From an uncultured virus (IMG/VR IMGVR_UViG_3300025099_000015) (Duplodnaviria > Heunggongvirae > Uroviricota > Caudoviricetes): a stretch of 20,000 nt of DNA. The notes beneath the pieces are model-generated. The model was not told the origin of the DNA. It did no database searches and saw nothing but the letters and a program-made list of their open reading frames with translations. The translations under genes were made by a program, and so were the position numbers. Shown here piece by piece: positions 1 to 6,873 of the stretch. The stretch is from IMG/VR virus record IMGVR_UViG_3300025099_000015; one strand, given 5' to 3'. The stretch's first letter is position 1; the number at the start of each line of letters is the position of its first letter.

Positions 1-164
1 ATCCATCAGGATACCCTGTACCGCCGCAAGGTTATGATACAATGGGTAATCCCTATTGGATAGACCCTGCTACCGGACAACCATCGTATACACCCCCAGG
101 TTCTGGTATAGGACTAGGAAAGATGATTCAAAAGGGTGCGGCATGGGCGGCTTGGTTAGCATGA
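1..164 (+). CDS. 3' end of a hypothetical Pro/Gly/Tyr-rich protein (5'-truncated by the window)
   Basis: Frame from nt 3 is open to TGA 162-164: PSGYPVPPQGYDTMGNPYWIDPATGQPSYTPPGSGIGLGKMIQKGAAWAAWLA*. Its stop overlaps the SD of the next gene. Not in the ORF track. Confidence 0.8.
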   Translation, partial: PSGYPVPPQGYDTMGNPYWIDPATGQPSYTPPGSGIGLGKMIQKGAAWAAWLA

Positions 165-169
165 GGGGT
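163..169 (+). promoter_or_regulatory. Shine-Dalgarno site GAGGGGT (representative of SD sites across the operon)
   Basis: The same 10-mer ATGAGGGGTT precedes ATG 174 (161-170) and ATG 3455 (3441-3450). Other SD-like sites: AGGTGA 3967-3972, AGGTGG 6298-6303, GTGAT 6866-6870, GGTGAT 10157-10162, GGAGGT 16933-16938, GAGGTG 17326-17331. Confidence 0.7.
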
Positions 170-173
170 TTAG

Positions 174-2126
174 ATGGACATCAACATACCCGTAACTATT
201 AGATATAGTAGACGAGACTACACAATAGGACAAAAGTTAGAACTCGATTCTAGCATGAGAGGTGGTGATGTAGATAATCACCCATTGTTTAAATTAATGC
301 TACAATACATTTGTTCTCCATTTAGTGATAATAACTATAATGATATAGAAGATGATTTAACTTATTTTTTAATGCCTAGTTTTATGAATAAGGTTGCTGA
401 AGAAGATAAAGATTTAGATTTTGATGAAAACGAATATAAACTACATGTTGATTATGCTTGGAAAGCAATACAGGAATTAACAACAGCAGAATTATTAGAA
501 AAATTAAAACCATACGTTGGTAATTATGAACAAATAGAAAGAGCATTATCTGGAGAATCTGGACTAACTGATGAAGGTAAAACTGTTAGAGTTTCAGATG
601 TTAATACTGAAATAGGCACAGACCATATAATGTCTTCACATACAAAAGGCATGGAAAGTAAAAAGATATGGCAAGCATCTGATAAACAACTTCCTTATGA
701 ACCTGCTTTAGAAAAAATAAATACTACGGATGATGGCAATCGTTATTTTACCATTGAAGTAAGTAATAAATCCCCTGTTAAATTACCACTACGTTATGGA
801 ACTCATAAGGCTACATTTCAAGAACAAGAATATGTTATTGAAATAGATTTTCAAAGAATAATGGAGAAATTGTTTGAGGAAGCAGGTATATCAGTTGAAG
901 TTTTAAGAGGTAGAAGAGGAGATATAGCCCCAACTGCGCCTAAAGATAAACAGGGTAGTAGGGATAATACCGAACAAGCATTAGCAGAAGCAATGGAACA
1001 AGCAAAGAAAATTAAAAAGTCTTTAGAATTAATTATTAAAGAAGAAAACATGCCAGAGGATGAAATTAAGGAAGATGATAAATATGATTATAGTAATATA
1101 AAAGTATACAATCCTCATCCTGATTATACATTATCTGAATTAGAAGAAGAAACACTAGAAAGAATAAATCTTAAAATCGCATGGAATACTTTACATGAAG
1201 AAAAACAATTTGATTATGAAGATGAAGTATCTAGTGGAGATTTGGATGCAGAAGAAATAGTTAGACAATTTAGGGAAGGTCAAATGGATGAAATTGCTCA
1301 ATTAGCAGGTGAAATGCTTGATGCAGGTGTTATGACACAAACAGCATATGACGCTCTTTTAGACGAGGGTAAAGTCCCTGGCAAAAAAGGATTTATTAAA
1401 AGGGAAAAGGCATTGATAAGTGATGTTGTAGAGTTTAAATCTAATATGAAAAAACCATTAGGTATGAATGAGTTTGAACAGGCACAATATACTAAAGAAA
1501 CAGTTAAAACTAGAAAAGATAGAAGTAATGTATTGCCAACAAAAAACCGTTCTATATTACATAACAAGGATTCAGATAAAACATTCTTTACTAATAACAG
1601 TTGGACTAATTTAGAGACTGCTGTAATTGATTTAAAAAATGGGGCATCTAATTCAAGAGAATTAAAAAACCATTTAGATAGGGCATTAATACCAAACAAA
1701 GTAGGCACTATGGTTATTGTATTATCAGTTGTTCACCCAACAGATGAAGAGAGAAAAGGAAGAGAGGATTTACTAAATGATGAGGATATAAGTATAAGTG
1801 GTAATGCTGAATATATATTAGAGAATATATATGATGTATTTAGTTTAGTAAGCGTATCATATGCTGTATCTACTGAATATAAAATAGGACGAATGCATAG
1901 TGAGAGAAAGCCAGAAAAAAGAAGTATGGCTACAGGAAGTGCTGAAAAATATAAACTATCAGGTGCTTATACTTTCAATCCTGATAAAGAGACATATGGC
2001 AGTAAAACTAATTTAATGGGTGGAACAGATGCCGGAGGACAACGGGTTTACATTGATAGTAGAACAAATACAATTCTATTCTACATTAAAAAACAATTAA
2101 ATGACTTACAGAAGGCGATACAATGA
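174..2126 (+). CDS. Hypothetical protein, 650 aa, strongly acidic (D/E-rich) with a more basic C-terminus; possibly virion-associated
   Basis: Long ORF with SD and an ATGA overlap with the next gene. No motif recognised. Function is inferred only from position in the structural operon. Confidence 0.85.
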   Translation: MDINIPVTIRYSRRDYTIGQKLELDSSMRGGDVDNHPLFKLMLQYICSPFSDNNYNDIEDDLTYFLMPSFMNKVAEEDKDLDFDENEYKLHVDYAWKAIQELTTAELLEKLKPYVGNYEQIERALSGESGLTDEGKTVRVSDVNTEIGTDHIMSSHTKGMESKKIWQASDKQLPYEPALEKINTTDDGNRYFTIEVSNKSPVKLPLRYGTHKATFQEQEYVIEIDFQRIMEKLFEEAGISVEVLRGRRGDIAPTAPKDKQGSRDNTEQALAEAMEQAKKIKKSLELIIKEENMPEDEIKEDDKYDYSNIKVYNPHPDYTLSELEEETLERINLKIAWNTLHEEKQFDYEDEVSSGDLDAEEIVRQFREGQMDEIAQLAGEMLDAGVMTQTAYDALLDEGKVPGKKGFIKREKALISDVVEFKSNMKKPLGMNEFEQAQYTKETVKTRKDRSNVLPTKNRSILHNKDSDKTFFTNNSWTNLETAVIDLKNGASNSRELKNHLDRALIPNKVGTMVIVLSVVHPTDEERKGREDLLNDEDISISGNAEYILENIYDVFSLVSVSYAVSTEYKIGRMHSERKPEKRSMATGSAEKYKLSGAYTFNPDKETYGSKTNLMGGTDAGGQRVYIDSRTNTILFYIKKQLNDLQKAIQ

Positions 2127-3226
2127 GTAGACTAAAAACAGAAAGCGACTATCTTCCAACTTTATCAGGCACTCAAAATATTGGAGATTATTTAGAAGGT
2201 ATAGGATACTATACTACTCATACTGATGTATCAGATTTATTACAATGTGGTGCATTTACAAGCACTTCTACTCCAGATATAACAGCAGTAGGTAAAATAA
2301 TTAAAAGGACTGAAGGTAGAATTGATGAAAAATTAAAGATGTCTTTTAGGCCGGAAATAATAGAAAAAGAAGTTCATAATTTTGACCCATATCAACAAGG
2401 TGCATACCCTGTTAGGACTAGTAAAGACTATGTTGGTTTCATTCAACTAAATAGTGAGAAGATTAGAAAGATATTAAGATTAGAAGTATGGCAAGGAGAT
2501 ACTTATGTTGATATGGCATCGGCTTCTTGCACTTATACTCCACCTACAACAGCACAAACAGGAACATTCAAACTAACATTTGGTGTTGGTGGGCTTACCT
2601 TTGAATTAACTGAGAATACTGCGAATGGTTTTTACGACCACTTTGGACAAAAAACAACTGTATTAGAAATATGTGCCGCAATTAATGAAGTATATCCTTC
2701 AAAAACAGCACCGTTTACTGGACAAAAGACTCAAAAACAAACAAGAAACACTACAGATACAAGAAACATATCTGATTTTTTCTATGCTTGTCCAACAGAA
2801 GATGGTAAATCTGTTTATATTTCTTCTAAGTTACCTTCAGATGCAGGGACTATATGCACTTTAAATCAGTTATTAGGAACAGATACAACAAGTTATTCAT
2901 TTACTGATAATCAAACAAGTGGTAGGACTGAAGAATATTGGGTTATTAATGAAGAAGGAAAGATATTCTTTAGAACAAATTATCCTTATCACACTAATCA
3001 TTCAATAAGAGTAACATATGAAAGAGGTAGAGGTAGAGTCCCTTCATCTATACATGAAGCAACGACTAAACTTGTAGCCGCAGAAATATTAGTTACTGAT
3101 GATAATACTATATTAATTGCTGAAACAGGCTCTAACATAGATATAACTAAAAAACATGAGATTCTAACAACAGAAGCCAACGCTATATTAGACGGCAAAA
3201 AGAACTTGATATACTTACTTGATTAA
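2123..3226 (+). CDS. Head-tail adaptor/connector (HK97 gp6 / SPP1 gp15-like) with an internal inserted domain
   Basis: N-terminal YYTTHTDVSDLL...IIKRTEGRIDEKL and C-terminal IRVTYERGRGRVPSSIHEATTKLVAAEIL match the adaptor pattern (Y-T-x-x-x-V-x-x-x-L ... V-T-Y-x-x-G ... V-P-x-x-I-x-x-A). Lies upstream of the terminator and tube genes. Confidence 0.7.
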   Translation: MSRLKTESDYLPTLSGTQNIGDYLEGIGYYTTHTDVSDLLQCGAFTSTSTPDITAVGKIIKRTEGRIDEKLKMSFRPEIIEKEVHNFDPYQQGAYPVRTSKDYVGFIQLNSEKIRKILRLEVWQGDTYVDMASASCTYTPPTTAQTGTFKLTFGVGGLTFELTENTANGFYDHFGQKTTVLEICAAINEVYPSKTAPFTGQKTQKQTRNTTDTRNISDFFYACPTEDGKSVYISSKLPSDAGTICTLNQLLGTDTTSYSFTDNQTSGRTEEYWVINEEGKIFFRTNYPYHTNHSIRVTYERGRGRVPSSIHEATTKLVAAEILVTDDNTILIAETGSNIDITKKHEILTTEANAILDGKKNLIYLLD

Positions 3227-3227
3227 T

Positions 3228-3452
3228 ATGAATAAACTTCACTATAATGAGTTGCTGTTAAAGGCGAATACCATAGCAGACAAATTAAAAAATAGAGAAA
3301 AAATAGAAAAGCAATTAGGCTTACCTGTATCAACTGAAATGACTGAACAATGGATTAAAGAAGAATTAGATGAAGCCGCTAAAAGGTATGCTGACAAGAT
3401 AGTATATGACATGCTACAAGAACAAATATATCAACAATTAATGAGGGGTTAA
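3228..3452 (+). CDS. Small helical hypothetical protein (74 aa from ATG 3228) in the neck region
   Basis: Fills the gap between adaptor and terminator genes. ATG 3228 follows the adaptor stop by 1 nt and is more plausible than the track's TTG at 3219. Confidence 0.7.
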   Translation: MNKLHYNELLLKANTIADKLKNREKIEKQLGLPVSTEMTEQWIKEELDEAAKRYADKIVYDMLQEQIYQQLMRG

Positions 3453-3454
3453 AC

Positions 3455-3961
3455 ATGGATGAAGTCACCTTTGTTTTAAAATTATTAGAAGATAATTGGC
3501 AAGATGCTAGAACCGCCGCAGGTATTAACGAACATAAGCCGGCTGTTACTGCAATCAATTTCATAGATGTTAGGTCATTTGAACCAAACAAAGGAAGAAG
3601 GGTTGATGCCGATGAAAAATCAGTCATTATTGTTTACGAAGATAGTGCCTCAATAACCCATCCTACCATAGATTGGGGTGTAAGAAATGAAGAATATTCA
3701 TTTACAATACACCTAAGAGTTTTACATCAAAAAGATTGGGCGGATTTAACATTTTCACGGACTCGTCTGCAAAGTTTATATCAGATAGTCCGGCACATCA
3801 TAGAGAGGAACGGGCTTAGACCGAGCGTTATTGAGGGGTCAAGCACATATACCGCAGACTTAATTGAGATTACAGGAAGAAGTGAGGCTAATGATAGAGG
3901 TAAAAGATTGTTAGGTTATAAGATGTCTGTAACTATGAAAAGATTTGGAAGAACTACATAA
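3455..3961 (+). CDS. Putative tail terminator / tail-completion protein (SPP1 gp17 / lambda gpU-like)
   Basis: 168 aa, directly upstream of the tube gene. Helix followed by beta strands (VIIVYE, YSFTIHLRV), a helix (LQSLYQIVRHIIE) and a terminal strand (GYKMSVTM), the pattern typical of terminators. Confidence 0.6.
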   Translation: MDEVTFVLKLLEDNWQDARTAAGINEHKPAVTAINFIDVRSFEPNKGRRVDADEKSVIIVYEDSASITHPTIDWGVRNEEYSFTIHLRVLHQKDWADLTFSRTRLQSLYQIVRHIIERNGLRPSVIEGSSTYTADLIEITGRSEANDRGKRLLGYKMSVTMKRFGRTT

Positions 3962-3977
3962 ATAAAAGGTGAAATAA

Positions 3978-6113
3978 ATGACAGTAAATGAAATATATAC
4001 AGGTGCAGGTGCATCGGCAACAATGATACCAGAAAGAGATTTTAATCTATCTGAAGCATTTGGTGATACTACCCATAACTTACTAGCAACAAAAACCAAT
4101 GATACAACAACTTTAGAATGGACAGTAGCCAACGACAAAAGATTAGTTACTAATATTTATCAAGGATGTATGGCTAAGATAGATAAATACAATTCTTCTA
4201 ATGTTAATCAAAATCATACTCAAACATTACTCATAGAATCTAATGATGCAAACTCAATAACATTTTCTCAAGCGTTATCAGCAACTAGCGGTGATAAATA
4301 TAAATGCACGATTCTAGCATTTGGTGCGCCTGTATATTCTCCTGATATGATTGATGGAAAACCTTCCTTGTTATCAGATAATTGGTTAGGCTTAGTAAAC
4401 ACATTTACCCCGCCTAGCATTGATGCGGAGATGAAGCAATCTAATCTAGCATTAGGTGGAACAAGAAACTTTGGTTATCAATTCAAAGGTGCTGAAACAG
4501 TAGGTGAAGCATCTATTGATTGCTCTCTAAATAATGGTTCTTGGTTATACTATGCTTTAGGAAATATGACATTATCTCATACATCCGGTAATTCAAACAC
4601 ATTAGCATCTGGTTTAACCGCAGGTAAAGCATATGCATTACCTTCTGGTGGTAGTGAAATATACAGAGTAGAAGATAGTAGAATATTACCTCCATTTAAC
4701 GGTGTTAGTGCAACAGCAGATAAATTAAACTCAATTACAATAACTAATGATGGTTCGCAAATACCTTTTTCTGTATCGCAACCATTAACAATAACAGGCA
4801 ATGCAACGGCTACATATGCACTAACTAAAGAAAAGCATACTATCACTTGCACAACCGAGACTGGAAGTAATTATGATAGTAAAAGTATAACCATTAAAAC
4901 TCCAAGTGCTACAGGTGCATCAGCATCAGCAGTAGTATATACATTCTGGTTTGATATTGATAATGCAGGTGCTTCACAACCTACTGTTAGTGGAACCACA
5001 ACATATGTTGAAGTTAATACAATAAGTAGTAGTGATGGTGCGGCACAAGTTGCTACTGCTTTATCTACTCTTATTAATTCGCAAAATGGTTTAACTGCTA
5101 CTGTTAGTGGTGCAGTTATTACTGTTGAATCAACATTTGGTGGTTATGTAGCAACCCCTGTTACTTTAACAGGTAGTTCTCACCCATTATCAAAAACACA
5201 ATTAGTTATAGGAGGAGAAATAGAATCAGTTACTATCACTAACAAAGGAAGTGGTTATAGTGGTGTGCCAACTATTAGTCCTATCACCACAGGTAATGTT
5301 AATGCTACATTTACAGCAGTATTAGGTGCTGATTCTAAAGCAGACTATGATGAAATTACATCGGATATTACATACACTATTACAGAAAATGATACAGGTG
5401 AATTACCTTCATTTGCATTAGAAGTAACACATGAAAAAGGTAATGTTCCTAATGCTGATTATTTCCAAGATGCAAATACACAAAATCTAATGTCTTACAT
5501 ATACACAGGTTGTCAAGTTAATACATTAACATTAAACTTTGAAGAAGGACAAGAAGTTACTACTTCAATTAGTGCAGTTTCCAGAAAGGCTCATCGTGCT
5601 GAAACTAACTATGTGCCTAAAAGACAAGTAAGGACTACAAGTGGCCTGTTTAATTTTAGCAGCACAGATTCTGATAATAACCCTTACATGTATTCTGATG
5701 GAACTATCAAAATGTATGGACAAACACTTGGTAGAATTAAAAGTGGTAGTGTTACAATTAATAATAGTATAACTCCACATCGTTACATTGGTAATTATGA
5801 TAGAACAATGGCTAGCGCGCATACTGCCGGACAAAGAACATATGAAATTAATCTAACTATGATGATGACTGATAGAACAATATGGGATGAATTAAGAAAC
5901 CAAAATGAAACTGATAATACAATAGGATTGATTGAAATAGAGTTTGCTAAATCTGCAACTGATAAAATTGTAATGAAGTTTAATGACTATCTTACTACAC
6001 AAGTAGATGTGCCTTTCCCAGATGATAAAGGGGCAATAGAAGTAAACCTAACAGCCCAGGCTAGAACATTACACTCTTGCACATATCAAGGAAAGTGGAC
6101 AATACTTAGTTAA
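3978..6113 (+). CDS. Major tail tube protein with N-terminal extension and inserted decoration domains (711 aa)
   Basis: Tube-like motifs (ELPSFALEV, YTGCQVNTLTLNFEEG, IKSGSVTINNSI, GQRTYEINLTM). Position immediately upstream of the frameshifting chaperone and tape measure gene. Confidence 0.8.
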   Translation: MTVNEIYTGAGASATMIPERDFNLSEAFGDTTHNLLATKTNDTTTLEWTVANDKRLVTNIYQGCMAKIDKYNSSNVNQNHTQTLLIESNDANSITFSQALSATSGDKYKCTILAFGAPVYSPDMIDGKPSLLSDNWLGLVNTFTPPSIDAEMKQSNLALGGTRNFGYQFKGAETVGEASIDCSLNNGSWLYYALGNMTLSHTSGNSNTLASGLTAGKAYALPSGGSEIYRVEDSRILPPFNGVSATADKLNSITITNDGSQIPFSVSQPLTITGNATATYALTKEKHTITCTTETGSNYDSKSITIKTPSATGASASAVVYTFWFDIDNAGASQPTVSGTTTYVEVNTISSSDGAAQVATALSTLINSQNGLTATVSGAVITVESTFGGYVATPVTLTGSSHPLSKTQLVIGGEIESVTITNKGSGYSGVPTISPITTGNVNATFTAVLGADSKADYDEITSDITYTITENDTGELPSFALEVTHEKGNVPNADYFQDANTQNLMSYIYTGCQVNTLTLNFEEGQEVTTSISAVSRKAHRAETNYVPKRQVRTTSGLFNFSSTDSDNNPYMYSDGTIKMYGQTLGRIKSGSVTINNSITPHRYIGNYDRTMASAHTAGQRTYEINLTMMMTDRTIWDELRNQNETDNTIGLIEIEFAKSATDKIVMKFNDYLTTQVDVPFPDDKGAIEVNLTAQARTLHSCTYQGKWTILS

Positions 6114-6146
6114 ATAACATAAAAACATAAATAATCCTTTTCTGAT

Positions 6147-6248
6147 ATGGTGGTGACAAAAATTAAAAAAGAATCTACAAAAGAGTGGGTCTTAACACAC
6201 AAGAATGGAAAGTTTTTGTCCATCTTAGGAGGCCTAAAAAGGATTTAG
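6147..6248 (+). CDS. Possible small basic peptide (33 aa) MVVTKIKKESTKEWVLTHKNGKFLSILGGLKRI
   Basis: ATG 6147 to TAG 6248 inside the only large intergenic gap. No clear SD, so it would have to be leaderless. Confidence 0.3.
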   Translation: MVVTKIKKESTKEWVLTHKNGKFLSILGGLKRI

Positions 6249-6288
6249 GCTAATATTTATATTCCACTAACATTGTTTGTTTGTTAGT
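6232..6288 (+). promoter_or_regulatory. Two stem-loops flanking a TATA-like element upstream of the chaperone gene
   Basis: GCCTAAA 6232-6238 / TTTAGGC 6244-6250 and ACTAACA 6266-6272 / TGTTAGT 6282-6288, with TTTATATT at 6256-6263 between them. Confidence 0.45.
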
Positions 6289-6312
6289 TAAAGTTGAAGG
6301 TGGAAAAAGAAA

Positions 6313-6669
6313 ATGGAAAACATAGTAAGTGATAAGAACCGGCTATTTGCCGCAATAGAAACAGAATGTCATATTTTGAAAGTAGACGAAACTTCAGAAG
6401 ATGTATTGAAGGTGTGGGTTAAAGAACCTACATGGCTTCAAGTAGAACAAGCACTAGGGACAGTAATGAAACTAGATGCAGATACACAAAGTTTAGATTT
6501 AGATTTAAACAAGATGTATAAGTTTATGGTTGAAAACTTTATAGAAAAAACAGAACCACAGTTAAACACACTAGAATTAATGCGTTTATCTCCATTCATT
6601 GGGGCGCAATTAAAAGAAGTGTTACCAAACCCGTTTGATGACCTCATGGGGGCTGATACGGGAAACTAA
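6313..6669 (+). CDS. Tail assembly chaperone (lambda gpG-like), 118 aa
   Basis: Lies between the tube and tape measure genes, has SD AGGTGG, and ends in slippery heptamer G GGA AAC directly before its TAA. Confidence 0.85.
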   Translation: MENIVSDKNRLFAAIETECHILKVDETSEDVLKVWVKEPTWLQVEQALGTVMKLDADTQSLDLDLNKMYKFMVENFIEKTEPQLNTLELMRLSPFIGAQLKEVLPNPFDDLMGADTGN

Positions 6670-6869
6670 AGGATGTTCGTAGAGCCTTAAAGGGAAGGGA
6701 AGTTAATCCCGTAATAGGCTCTCGCATCCTTTTATATTCATATTGTATTGCTTTTAAGGTAAGTCCTTTAGAAGCATACAACACACCTGCTAACATAATA
6801 CTTAGTATGTTAGCAATACATACACAAGCAAAGAAAATAGAACAAGAAGAAATGGAAAAAATGAAGTGA
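6313..6869 (+). CDS. Frameshifted tail assembly chaperone (gpGT-like), about 185 aa, join 6313..6666 with 6666..6869
   Basis: The -1 frame is open for 67 codons after the slip (LKDVRRALKGREVNPVIGSRILLYSYCIAFKVSPLEAYNTPANIILSMLAIHTQAKKIEQEEMEKMK*) and ends at TGA 6867-6869, 4 nt before the tape measure ATG. Confidence 0.85.
6660..6732 (+). promoter_or_regulatory. Programmed -1 ribosomal frameshift signal: slippery heptamer plus downstream stem-loop
   Basis: G GGA AAC (6660-6666) in the X XXY YYZ phase. Nested stems AAAGGATG 6668-6675 / CATCCTTT 6725-6732, AGAGCCT 6681-6687 / AGGCTCT 6716-6722, GGGA 6697-6700 / TCCC 6707-6710. Confidence 0.85.
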
Positions 6870-6873
6870 TATT

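Noticed and set aside
174..2126. 650-aa ORF as portal, terminase or major capsid protein
   Set aside because: No Walker motifs, portal signature or HK97-fold motifs recognisable by eye; left as hypothetical.
2673..2864. 63-aa + strand ORF nested in the adaptor gene
   Set aside because: Out-of-frame overlap inside a well-supported gene, no SD, and L/Q-rich composition typical of a shifted frame.
3978..6113. 711-aa protein as a contractile tail sheath
   Set aside because: Size is sheath-like, but motifs are tube-like, no separate tube gene follows, and no baseplate wedge genes are evident.
6114..6312. tRNA or other known ncRNA in the intergenic gap
   Set aside because: No cloverleaf or T-loop (GTTCRA) consensus; only two short hairpins.
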